Shown here piece after piece: positions 12,423 through 24,065 of a stretch of 64,000 nucleotides of DNA. A program made the position numbers and the translations under genes. A model generated the notes under the pieces. It had not been told where the DNA came from, did not search any database, and was given only the letters and a program-made list of their open reading frames with translations. The first letter of the stretch is position 1, and every line of letters begins with the position of its first letter. This stretch comes from Octopus vulgaris (Eukaryota). The DNA is taken from the NCBI GenBank assembly GCA_951406725.2, contig OX597828.1, positions 74,462,001 through 74,526,000 of the forward strand. The letters run 5' to 3'.

Positions 12423-12504
12423 CGGTACGATCGTTTCGTACGAGGACATCTTTAATAAGCTACAAAAAATGCAGTGAATGCAGATGGCTCGTACTCGTCA
12501 GCCG
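12423..12504 (-). ncRNA. Minimal type I hammerhead ribozyme in a PLE pseudo-LTR
   Basis: Minus strand reads CGG-CTGACGA-GTACGAG(loop)CTCGTAC-GAAA-C-GATC-G-T-A-CCG. Perfect 7-bp stem II, palindromic stem III (ACGATCGT), GUA cleavage triplet. Confidence 0.8.
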
Positions 12505-12579
12505 GAAAAATATCAGAGAATTCCCAAACATCAAAAGGGGTAGATACAAAAGAAGTTGTAAGATTAACTGCATTGAAGA

Positions 12580-13030
12580 AAGTTCGATTCATGGAGATCC
12601 GATGAAAGGTTTTAAACTTACAGAATTTGTGCATGTCTACATATAGCTCATATTGAATTTTTAATCAAGTTGTGTGAAGAAATTTTCGGATACAGTCATG
12701 CAAAATTTCTGAAAATCCGAGTAAGAGGCAAAGTGACTGCCATATCATGTAGAGGAAAGTCTGAGTAAAAGCAAAGTGCCTGTCATATCGTGTAGAGGAA
12801 CAGATTGTTATTGAAATTTACAAGAATCGCAGATAAGTTCGATTCTTGGAGATCCGATGAAAAGTCTTGAATTTACAGAATATGTGCATGTCCTTATAGT
12901 TCATAATCCAGTTTTGTGAAGAGATTTAGGGTACAATCATGCGAAAATATCAGGGAATCCGAATGAGAAGCAAAATGACAGTCTTATATTGTAGAGGTGC
13001 AGGTTGTTAATGATTTTTACAAGAATCACA
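12580..13030. repeat. Diverged direct duplication (~255-bp period)
   Basis: AAGTTCGATTC..GGAGATCCGATGAAA..TTACAGAAT.TGTGCATGTC begins at ~12580 and again at ~12835. Confidence 0.6.
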
Positions 13031-13199
13031 GAGAGAGGAGGAAGGAGGTAGAATTTAATCAGTTACTGCTATTAAAGCTTTTTTCCTATATATATATATA
13101 TATATATATATATCCTATTTTTCCTAATCCTACAGTTATTATTGTTTGTCCTAAATCTATTGGTGTTGTTCTAAATAGTTCCACCTGTATTTGAAGGAT

Positions 13200-14445
13200 T
13201 CCCCTTGGGTATTTACCATATTTTACTTTTGTAGCCTGCTTTCAGCAATGCTGTATTATTTCTATCACAATGCTTATTAAAAATGTCTCCGTTTGAGGAT
13301 AGATAAGAGATTCTCTGACTAATGCTACGCACTAGTGACCTTCTAATTTGAGGGGGTGATTGCTAGAACGGTTTATATATACTAAGTTAGAATTGGGTTT
13401 AATATAAGGTTCATGTATCCCATTAGTAAGGTTGCAATTGACATCCAAATAATTGGCAGAATAATTTTCATTTTCAATAATTATGGATAGGCCAAAACTT
13501 TTAAAAAATTTATGTAGTCTTTTTTTCAGTAGATCCAGTCTCCTATTTGATGTATTATTTACCAAAAATAAAGCGTCATCCCTATATAGTCCTCCTTTTA
13601 ATTCAGGGAATTCCCTACTAAGGTTATCGAGTAAATACATCCCAACCAAATCAGTCACTCAGTCACTTCCGCTGAATCCGGCGATCCCATGGTGATGTCG
13701 AATAAATTGGGTGTGTCTTTTCTAGCCCAAAGTTTATCATCAAACTCTATTAATGTTTTTCTAGCTGTTAAAATAACCCTAATCTCCCCCATACTTAATT
13801 TGGTGTGTCTCCTAGCAAAAATTAAACCCTTATTTAATATAATAGGGTTTATGGAGGAGTAGTAATTTTGTATATCAAATTGGATGAATTTACTTCTATT
13901 ATTATCACTAACCTTAATGGCAGAAAACCAATCTAATTCACCTTGTGTATTTTTCCAAAGGCTAAGTTTAATTTTGTTACATATAGTTGGTAAATATTTG
14001 TCAAGAATAAGTTTACTCAGTTTACCTAAGTCAGATTTGGTAGGGCAAATCAATCTGACCTGCGTGTTACCAAGAAAGTTTTCCTTATGGTCCTTGAGTG
14101 TGATTCTCGGTCTAGTGGGAGTATAAGGTTCAGTTTTTTCTTCCAGGTAATAGTCCAACATTATTTCTCTAATCTCAAGGTTTAGTTTCCTAAGTGTGTT
14201 AAAAGGTACAATTTTATATTTTTTTGTAATTTCTTTGTGTATGTAAAGATGTCAATATTGTAAATGTTACTGGTTTTATCAGAATGGGTTAGAATGCCAT
14301 TCTTACCCTTAAGAGTTCTTATTATACCTCAATGGGTGATTTTTAAATTTGATGTTTTTGATAGTCTCCCATAATTCCTGTTCAAAGTTATCGAGATGTT
14401 TATTTGGTGGAGGAGATTTCCTAGATTTAAATGTGGTGTCGGTTA
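13200..14445 (-). mobile_element. Penelope-like element (Naiad-type) 3, RT fragment
   Basis: FKSRKSPPPNKHLDNFEQELW, KDHKENF, FIQFDIQNYYSSI, FDITMGSPDSAE, GGLYRDDAL, PYIKPNS..YINRSSNHP. Confidence 0.85.
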
Positions 14446-14469
14446 TTTCTTCATATACACACACACACA

Positions 14470-15124
14470 TACTGCAGCCTACCAGGTCAAAAGTCATTGA
14501 TCACCTTCTTCATCTTCTTCCAGTGCACTGAAACCATCAAAGTCCTCTTCTTCAGTGTTTGAATCTCGTCACTTCAGCCTCTTCGTTGTCGCTCTCACTC
14601 AGGGTGCAGAGCCACTTTAAATGCCCGGTCCACGCTGATGTCCAGTGGCTCCGAATACTTAGTGGTGCCCCCAGGAATCACAGCTGGAATTGAGTTTGTA
14701 CTCTTGATGGCAGCTTTCACTGAATCTGTTATATGGGCCCTCATGCTGTCCATAACGAGCAATGCTTGTTTTTGTGTGAAAAATCCCCCCAGGTCGCTTG
14801 GCGTGGCACTCTCTGAGCCAATCGTTATTAGGCTCTCCATCATCCAACCTTTCTTATTGACTTTCACCACGATTTCTTTTGGGAATTTTTCCTTTGGCAT
14901 TGTCAGCCGCTTAAAGGTCCCCATCGGTGGAATCTTTAGTCCGGATGCTGTGCAGCTCAGAACACAGGTAAAATGCGTTCTCTCATGGCCACTTGTTTTC
15001 AGTGTGAGGGACGAGTGACCTTTTTATTAACTGTCCAAGTGAGAGGCAGGTCAAATGTCAAAGGTACTTCATCCATATTTATATTCTCCGCTATCTTTGA
15101 GTGAATGTGCGAAAGTTAACAAGT
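14470..15124 (-). mobile_element. pogo/Tigger-like DDE transposase fragment
   Basis: VKVNKKGWM, ALLVMDSMRAHITDSVK, IPGGTTKYSEPLDISVDRAFK. Confidence 0.85.
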
Positions 15125-16070
15125 GGCTGTTTTCCTGGCAGCAGCTCGGAGGATATCGCAAAGCTGTGTGTTTTGATGGTAATTTGGGGGACGATAAACA
15201 ACGCCAAGCAGGAGTGTTGACATGGTCATACGTATGTCACAGAAAAAAACTTCTTCTTGTGATTTGTTCAAATCAGGTCAAGGAATTACCGAAAAATTTG
15301 AACAAACGTAGACCATCACACCACCACCACGGCGGTTAATGCGATCCTTGCGGAAAAGGTTGTACCCAGTAATGTTGACAACCCCATCACAGAGTAGGGA
15401 ATGTGCCCATGTTTCCGTGAATGTGATGAAGTCAGGGTCAATACTTCTGACGTAGGAGTTGAACAGATGTATTTTGTTGCATAAACTGCGAGCATTTAAG
15501 GACAACAATTTGTACCCTGCTTGCAGTTTATGATGGTGTGTAGAGGATGGCAGGTTGTTCTGGTTTAGTTTCCCAGAGTTGCTGTAGTTTTTTTTCCATT
15601 TTCAGTTATTGTGGGTAGAGAGCACTCAGACCAGCTGGTATCTCTCTTCCACGTTTCACCAGTCTTAACAAATCTCCAGGTTTGTCCATCCTCACGAAGA
15701 CTGAAACTTTCTTGCAGAGCTGAGTTCCGGTTCAGGGAAGTCGCTACACGTAGCTTCGGACGTACATCGGGTGGTAAGCCTGGACGTGTTCGGAAGGTAG
15801 TCCGATTTTCACGCCCAGCTTTAACTGAGGCCAGATGGTATGAGGTTGCCTCAGCGTGGTCTGAAAAAGACAGCTTGATGAGCCTGGGTTTTGGGTCAGG
15901 TCGTCCAAGGTGGAGAGCACCCGTTGGGGGAACGCAGCCTAGGTCTTTGGCTGAGTTGGCAGCAAATGCCTGAAGATCAGCCATGTCTTCTGGTAGCCCA
16001 ATGGCAATAACTTCGTGGGTAGCAGAATCCACGGTCTTCTCAGTGTTTTTAGATGCTGCAAGAGGCACGG
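15125..16070 (-). mobile_element. Non-LTR retrotransposon 5' part: ORF1 remnant and APE endonuclease start
   Basis: ORF1-like IAIGLPE...LGRPDPKPRLIKLSF, followed by LSLNARSLCNK..FITFTETW..ITGYNLFRKDRINRRGGGVMVYV. Confidence 0.8.
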
Positions 16071-16414
16071 GGAGAGCATTCCGATAAGACCTCTCATTGT
16101 GGAGTCCTACCTGAATGCTTGCTTTTATTCCTGTTACTTCCCCTCGATATTACTATTTATATAATCAAGGGAAAATTAAAAAATTTTTTTAACGGCTCAG
16201 CAGATGGCGCTTCGGATTTCGACTCCATTACTTTACTATATTTATGCCACTTTGGTGTTTCCCATGTGATGTCGTTTTCTTTGTCTGAGTCGTCGGAGTT
16301 GTGGATTTTTTTCTGTCTCCGCTTCCATCAGTTTCCCCGCCTCCACAAGGAGACGGAGACCGAAGTCTGTTTCGCCTTTTTTCATTTCTGAGTCGGTCAT
16401 ACTCCTAAAATATT

Positions 16415-16786
16415 TCATACAAATGGATTAATTTTCTTTTTTATGTGTTTTAAGAAAGGAGCGGCTGCATTAAAAACGTATTCTGTATAACGTGTTATGA
16501 AAGCATATCTTTCGGCAGGAGGAGCGTTTTGATCGAATATATTATTTGATGTGATAATAAGTGGTGTGCGATGTATTATCTGATCCTCTGCCAGTTTCTT
16601 AAGAGTTTGTAGAGTTTCTAATTTAAAATTCGGTTCCTCTATTGATCCGATTTCGACATTAATTAAATTTTGAAATGGGAAGCTACTTGTTCCCTGAATA
16701 GTACTGACATGTGTGAACATGTCAGCAATACTACGAGCGATCATACTTTTGCCTGTATTAGGTTGTCCTCGAAGTACTAGCACATG
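16415..16786 (-). pseudogene. Endogenous parvoviral/densoviral NS1 (SF3 helicase) fragment
   Basis: Walker A VLVLRGQPNTGKS (16745-16768), SSFPFQNL, Walker B GSIEEP, motif C PLIITSN, then AFITR. The B' motif appears deleted. Confidence 0.75.
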
Positions 16787-17866
16787 AATTTGCAAGGATA
16801 CGAGTCAATCATAGAACGGTGTGTACCCCACCGATGCTTGTTAGCCTGTTTCAAACACGCCCAAGTACTTTCTATTTGTTGGGTATGTGTGTTATCAATG
16901 GAGTTACCAAACTTGACGCTGTGGTTCACCGGTCTGTCGAAAATTGTATCCCTCTATCTCTGGAATATGTGAATATGCCCTCCACTGGTCACTAAATATT
17001 GTGGTTCCTGGGAGATATCGACTGGTGTATGCACTCCTCCCTTATGTTTCAATCTGCCATAAAGAAAAACATGTTAAATTAACAGAAATGAGGCGAAAAA
17101 TGACTTTTCATTACAAAAATTTTGCCCTGCACTTCTGTTGAGAAGCCCTGCCCTAGGGGTTTTCTTATATGAATTACAATCTCCTGCACCACATACACTC
17201 TCAGATATGAGTGAACCATGGACCTTGCAGCTTCGTTTATTGCCCGTTTAACACTGGCCCAAGTACTTTCTATTTGTTGGGTATGTGTGTTATCTATGGA
17301 GTTACCAAACTTGACCCTGTGGTTCACCGGTCTGTCGAAAATTGTATCCCTCTATCTCTGGAATATGTGAATATGCCCTCCACTGGTCACTAAATATTGT
17401 GGTTCCTGGGAGATATCGACTGGTGTATGCACTCCTCCCTTATGTTTCAATCTGCCATAAAGAAAAACATGTTAAATTAACAGAAATGAGGCGAAAAATG
17501 ACTTTTCATTACAAAAATTTTGCCCTGCACTTCTGTTGAGAAGCCCTGCCCTAGGGGTTTTCTTATATGAATTACAATCTCCTGCACCACATACACTCTC
17601 AGATATGAGTGAACCATGGACCTTGCAGCTTCGTTTATTGCCCGTTTAACATTGGCCCAAGTACTTTCTATTTGTTGGGTATGTGTGTTATCTATGGAGT
17701 TACCAAACTTGACGCTGTGGTTCACCGGTCTGTCGAAAATTGTATCCCTCTATCTCTGGAATATGTGAATATGCCCTCCACTGGTCACTAAATATTGTGG
17801 TTCCTGGGAGAAATCGACTGGTGTATGCATTCCTCCCTTATGTTTCAATCTGCCATAAAGAAAAAA
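16783..17866 (-). repeat. Merlin-transposase-derived ~398-bp tandem repeat, array 1
   Basis: Anchor AAGTACTTTCTATTTG at 16863, 17261 and 17659. The minus strand encodes LPGTTIFSDQWRAY...VNHSVKF...HTQQIESTW. Confidence 0.85.
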
Positions 17867-18470
17867 CATGTCTGGTCTCGTGACACACTTTGAAAACACA
17901 CTGTTCATGTAGCACTTAGATTCTCAATTTCAATATTAATTGCACTTTGCTTCTTCTCGGCTGCTTCTGCAAAGTTTAATTTCTGGGTTGCTACTTTTTG
18001 GATTTTTCCTTCTTCACCTGTTACAAACACAGGCATATCCATTAACGCATTAGTTGGCGAGTTCTCTTCACTAAGTGACAACTCCATAATGTTGAAAAAC
18101 AGTTTCAGCACAAAGCCAGACACAAACATAATTACAGTTTAACAATAATAATTCCCCTCCAGGGGGGAATTAATAACAATTTGCTTTACAAAAGGCAACA
18201 AACAGATCGTATCAACAACATAAAATACAGCAGCTTACTTTCACAACAATAGCAATCCAAAGAAACATTTGCAGAATAACCGAATAATCCAACTAACATG
18301 CAACGAAATGGTTCATATTTGGTTGTCTTAGTTTGAAGAGACTATATGGCTTGTTACTATGGAGACAGACACCAATACGTCTGGTTATTGATTGGCTAAA
18401 ATTACCCAAAATGTGCAAACATTTACAAAATTTGTGAGACCCTTATATTCTGAGCAGAGGAAACACACTG
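17867..18470 (-). repeat. Block B of a higher-order repeat, possibly a LINE 5'/ORF1 start
   Basis: Near-identical copies start at 17867, 38401, 43819 and 45220 (last one truncated). Each carries a 74-aa ORF ...KLNFAEAAEKKQ... and is always preceded by the Merlin unit. Confidence 0.75.
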
Positions 18471-18968
18471 GTTTTCTTGGAAGTTTCCAGTGCTTTCCAG
18501 CAAATCCTCCCAAAGGTCAGTTTTCTCGTGTCTGCACCACCGTAACATGAATTTGCAAGGATACGAGTCAATCATAGAACGGTGTGTACCCCACCGATGC
18601 TTGTTAGCCTGTTTCAAACACGCCCAAGTACTTTCTATTTGTTGGGTATGTGTGTTATCTATGGAGTTACCAAACTTGACGCTGTGGTTCACCGGTCTGT
18701 CGACAATTGTATCCCTCTATGTCTGGAATATGTGAATATGCCCTCCACAGGTCACTAAATATTGTGGGTCCTGGGAGAAATTGACTGGTGTATGCACTCC
18801 TCCCTTATGTTTCAATCTGTCATAAAGAAAAACATGTTAAATTAACAAATGAGGAGAAAAATGACTTTTCATTACAAAAATTTTCCCCCTGCACTTCTGT
18901 TGAGAAGCCCTGCCCTAGGATTTTCTTATACGAATTACAATCTCCTGCACCACATACACTCCCAGATA
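18470..18968 (-). repeat. Merlin-derived unit (longer form reaching the transposase C-terminus)
   Basis: VNHS..HTQQIESTWACLKQANKHRWGTHRSMIDSYPCKFMLRW. Confidence 0.8.
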
Positions 18969-19269
18969 TAGCAATCCAAAGAAACGTTTGCAGTACGTCA
19001 CAAAATAGCTGTCTACGTCACAGTAACATTATGCAGCTAATGATTTCAGATCAAAACAGACAATACGATTGGTTAAAATTCGCAGATTTAAACTTACAAA
19101 ATAAAATTTTCTCAAAAAAACTAGTTGAAATTAATGTTTTCTTTTGACACATTCTACCAGTATATGAAGTTTCAAATTATTTAGTTAACTAGAAAATTCT
19201 GTCCATCTGTTAGAAAAGATCCCAATATTAATTGTACTTCTTGCCGGCTGCTTCTGCAAAGTTTAATTC

Positions 19270-19815
19270 AGCTTGGGGAACCTCTGGGACCGAAATGGCA
19301 GATGGAAACGACCGCTGGTTCTTTCGCCTTCTTTGACCGCTTCGATTTTAATCACTTCAGTTTGGAAGTCTTTTGGGAAGAAATCAAGGGTGGCTCTGCG
19401 TCAGTAGGAGACTTTGAATGGGATTCAGTTTGTTTATTCTGTAATTCAGCAACAGACTTAAGGTGATCGACCTCTTGTTTAAGCAATGGCAACTGCTCGT
19501 TGAGATGCTTGCTAGTAAGACCATCTTCTTGAAAAATCTTGATTTCAGGGTCTTCATGTGAAAGCTTGATATCACTGATAGCTTTATTAACTGAATTTTC
19601 CAAAATAGGATCAGCAGAACAAGCCCTTTTCGCAGATCTCCGTTTCGATTTGTAGGTAGCTGAGCCAGGCATGGTTGACAAGAACAATCTTCTATAGCTG
19701 CCAGGGGTTGTAGGATAATTCTGATAGCTAAACGCAGGAACAAAAACAGCTGCAATCTTTGTAGGTGTAGATAACAGCAGACAAAATCTGAGAAAGTATG
19801 GGTTGAGCCGAGTCA
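19270..19815 (-). mobile_element. Probable LINE ORF1 N-terminal (coiled-coil) fragment
   Basis: MPGSATYKSKRRS...LNEQLPLLKQEVDHLKSVAELQ. The family assignment is weak. Confidence 0.35.
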
Positions 19816-20295
19816 CAAAGTGCTTTCCAGCAATTTCTCCCAAAGGTCAGTTTTCTCGTGTCTTCACCACCGTAATATGAATTTGCAAGGATACGAGTCA
19901 ATCATAGAACGGTGTGTACCCCACCGATGCTTGTTAGCCTGTTTCAAACACGCCCAAGTACTTTCTATTTGTTGGGTATGTGTGTTATCTATGGAGTTAC
20001 CAAACTTGACGCTGTGGTTCACCGGTCTGTCGACAATTGTATCCCTCTATCTCTGGAATATGTGAATATGCCCTCCACAGGTCACTAAATATTGTGGTTC
20101 CTGGGAGAAATCGACTGGTGTATGCACTCCTCCCTTATGTTTCAATCTGTCATAAAGAAAAACATGTTAAATTAACAGAAATGAGGAGAAAAATGACTTT
20201 TCATTACAAAAATTTTGCCCTGCACTTCTGTTGAGAAGCCCTGCCCTAGGGGTTTTCTTATACGAATTACAATCTCCTGCACCACATACACTCTC
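19816..20295 (-). repeat. Merlin-derived unit
   Basis: Same sequence as array 1 (anchor at 19956). Confidence 0.8.
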
Positions 20296-20384
20296 AAGAT
20301 TGAAAGTAGACGGTGATATGAGTCAGGAACTTTTCTTCTTTATCTATTTGAATTGAAAACCCATCTGAGGTTGTCCTGTTCAAC

Positions 20385-20925
20385 CATTCAAAGAACCCAA
20401 GGCCTTCGTTGATAACAACTGTGATGATATTTCCTGTGCATGAACTTGGATTCGTCAATTTCTATAATATCTCCCAAGTTGCACAGGGTGGCCAAAGCTC
20501 CACACGGCACGAACATTGCAGATGTAATTGTACCAGTTAACAGTTGCTTCTGATGCGATTCCAACTTCACTCATCACACCACTGTTTGCATTCTATAGGC
20601 ATGCACCGGAGAAAAACGAATCTTGCCTAATGCCACAAAATCGATTGAAAACAGTGCACCTGCACGTTTTTCCATCGGATACTGTATTGTGCAATGAAAG
20701 GTACATCTGCACATTACAGGATTACATTGCTCTGTTGGTTCTTCTCAAAATTGCCATTTCTCTTTCCCTCAGACAACATGTCTCACTCCCATATGGTGAA
20801 GAATTCCATCATCGTCACTGTGTTTAATTCCATGAGTCTGCCCATGCGTAAATTGTTTAGCCTTGGTAGTGCGGGATATATCCTTTCTTGTAGATGTGCG
20901 TTGCTATGCCATAGTGATAAGAAAG
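20385..20925 (-). mobile_element. Second Merlin transposase fragment (N-terminal to first catalytic D)
   Basis: GDIIEIDESKFMHRKYHH..PWVL. Confidence 0.7.
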
Positions 20926-20939
20926 TGTTTCAGGAAATC

Positions 20940-23213
20940 AAAGAATTTTCAAAATTTGTCAATCTTTCGAAAATTGTTTTCAAATGTTCTTCGTGTGCTT
21001 CTTCTGATGGACTAGCAATGAGAATATCATCTATATAAGCAAATACGAAAGGTAAATCTCTTGTTACTTTGTCCATAAATCTTTGAAAAGTGTTTGCTGC
21101 GTTCCTCAATCCAAAAGGCATGCGAAGAAATTCAAATAAACCAAATGCAGTGGTAATCGCTGTCTTCGGTTTATCATTTTCTGCAACAGGAATTTGATTG
21201 TATGCTCCGACTAAGTCAATTTTTGAAAAAATAGCACAACCACTCAAAGAAGTTGCAAAGTCCATAATGTGTGGTGTTGGATATTTGTCTGCTTTTGTTT
21301 TTGCATTAAGTTGTCTGAAGTCTCCACAAGGTCGCCAGTCTATAAGATTTTTCTTTACCATAACTAATGGTGTTGACCAGCTACTACTGGAAGGACGGAT
21401 TATACCTAGATCCATCATATGCCGAAAGTCTGCCTTAGCTACCTTCAATTTTTCCGGAGATAATCTTCTCAGCTTAGAAAAACTTGGTGGCCCTTGTGTG
21501 ACGATGTGATGCTGTACCGAATGCACACACTTGGTATTTAGAGCTGTTTCGTGATATTTGGATAATTCTTCAAAATCCTGTGATATCTATTTTCTGAGGA
21601 CGCTATGAAATGCAATGGACTGAGTGTGGCTTTTCTGCATCTCATTCCTTGAATTTTTAATGAAGTTCCTGTGTCTATCAATTTTTGATTTTTAACATCT
21701 ACCATTAAATGATAGTGTGCCAAAAAATCCGCTCCTAATATTGGATATGGTAAATCTGCTACTATGAAGATCCATTTATACTCTCTTAAGTTTATATCTA
21801 GAGTTAAGCTAATCTCTCCAAATGTTTGGATTTCAGATAGATTAACTGCTTGAAGAGTCAAATAAACAGGTTTGGTTTTTTGTTTTAAAAGCTTTACTGG
21901 CCAAATTGAACAAGCTGCTCCTGTATCAACTAAAAACCTTTCTTTTGAGTTTAAATCATAGATGAAAAATACGTGACTTTTTATGATGTTATCCACAGAT
22001 TTCGTCGCATCCAATCGGTGGTTCAGAAGTTTTCCGAATTTTCCTTTTTTTATTAAGGAAATCAAATGCACAGGGTTTAATACATTTGAATGATTTGTCT
22101 CCAAATTTAGCATGGTACCAACATATGGCGTTTCTTTTTAAACTAGGGCTCCTTGATCTCCTGCGCCATCTTGCATTTTTTTGTTGAGCCGAGCGACTGT
22201 TTCTTTCGAGTTGCAAACTCTCTATTTTTTTTGTTTATAATTCAAATTGTTTTTGGTAACAATCTTTTAATTCCTGTATTTCATTCGAAATAGATGGAAT
22301 TGCATTTACAGTTTCTTTGGACGATAATTCCAGAATACTGTCTGCTAAATCTGCCAACTGTTGAATGGAGTTTTGGTTTTTAACGGCCGAAAGCAAAGTT
22401 TGAGTTTTATATGGCAATTTATAGAAAAACACTTCTTTGAGATAAGATTCTTCTATCTGCTGATTTCCCAGAAGTTCATTCATTCTTCGCAGAAGTTGTG
22501 TGGGTTTTTTATTACCCAACTCTTCATTGTTGAATAACTTCGCAAACTCTTTTTGTTTAGAATTTGATGTTCGTTTCAATATTTCCTCTTTAATTGAAGA
22601 ATAAGAAACTGGTTCTATAGGGTTTAGTAGCAAATCTCTAATTTCATTACTTAGAGGTGGAGGTAAATTGCTAAGCCTTATATTGTATTTCTGCTCTTCA
22701 TTTGTAATTTTATTAGCTTTAAAGCTTGCCTCCAGTTGTGCCAACCGAATTACGGTGTCTCCAGTCCACGGAGCACAATTCAATACATTCACAGAAGCTT
22801 GTGTGTAATTTCTATCGAAATATGACGTCTCAAATTCTTTTATATTCTGCTCCATTGTATGAATATTTTCTCAAAAGAAGAAAAAATTTTTTTTTTTTTT
22901 TTGTTATGTTTTTAACCTTTTAACAGCTCAAAATATCCAAGTTGTCTTCTTAACAAATCCACTTTTCCTTGTTACAGGTTTTTGATATTTAAGCGTATTG
23001 TGCAATTGGGATTTTGGAACATTCCATACAATATGTCCACATGCTTGAAATTTTGCAGTGGGTCCATTATTTTCACACCCCAGATGTAATGAATGACCGA
23101 TAGACACTTTCAGTTTGCAGTTCTCTGCGCATGAGGGAACTTCTGGCGGCCTACCGGAAGTAATCCAACTCTGCGCATGTGTCCTGAAAACTCCCAGAAA
23201 TGGCGTCACTACA
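20940..23213 (-). mobile_element. Ty3/Gypsy LTR retrotransposon 5' half: LTR start, gag, protease, RT (truncated)
   Basis: Probable LTR start TGTAGTGACG at 23213. Gag (ELGNKKPTQLLRRM, CWYHAKFG..C..PC), protease FLVDTGA, RT WRPCGDFRQLN, FLRMPFGLRNAANTFQRFM, AYIDDIL. Confidence 0.9.
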
Positions 23214-23880
23214 ATATCAAAGGAATTTCATGTTACATACTGTTGGAACTTACCAAGGATAAACCTTGGGATTATGTTTTCAACATTGTATTCCATTTTG
23301 TGTACTGACAGTTGCCAGAGATTTCTGTATGACCATAATTTGTGCTACCTAAATGGTATTTCTATATAACATTTTATCAATATATATCCATTTTCCTGAA
23401 AGTTATGAGGGAAAAATTGAATCTTGTGAATTTTCCGAAAGTCCTCTCCTTATCCATCCATTTGTTTGTGGAAATTTGTCTTTTCATATTCGTTTTATAC
23501 ACATTTTTTAAAACCTAGTGGGCTGTTTTTTTATTTCACAGATGCCTGGTGAGGTTTACATGCCATGGTGTGTGTCTCATTTGGTGTTTGATTTGCCACC
23601 ACAGGTTTATTGTTGTTCCTGGTTTGATATGTTGCAGTTCCTCCAAGATATCCTCATGTGATAAGGAAGATGCAGTAGAGGAAACCTGAGCGAGAGCAGA
23701 CATGGCGGGGTCGGTCCCATTCCTGTAACATGCCTACTCTTAAATATATGTGCGTATCAGTAACACACAAATTACGTTGCTTATACTTTTTTACTGAACA
23801 GTGCATGAACAGCATTCCTCCTAATGACTGGTGTGTGTGTGTGTACATATTTTATTTAAAAGCAGCAGAAATTTAACAAA

Positions 23881-23922
23881 AGCTGTTGCTCGGAGTTTCC
23901 CGTTCCCGTTTGTCGGACAGTT
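23881..23922 (-). ncRNA. Degenerate hammerhead-like motif (solo PLE pLTR)
   Basis: AACTGT-CCGACAA-ACG(GGAA)CGG-GAAAC-TCCGA-GC-A-ACAGCT. Hammerhead topology, but core and cleavage-site bases are mutated. Confidence 0.4.
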
Positions 23923-24065
23923 TTGTTAAAATAGAACCGGGATGACAATTCGATCAAGACTAGCATAAGTGGCACACCTTTAGAAATGGATTTGTTTGAT
24001 TGGTCCTTTCAAATAACGGTCATAGGCGAGCGATAAACAAAAGATATGAGTTCAGTATAAAATTA

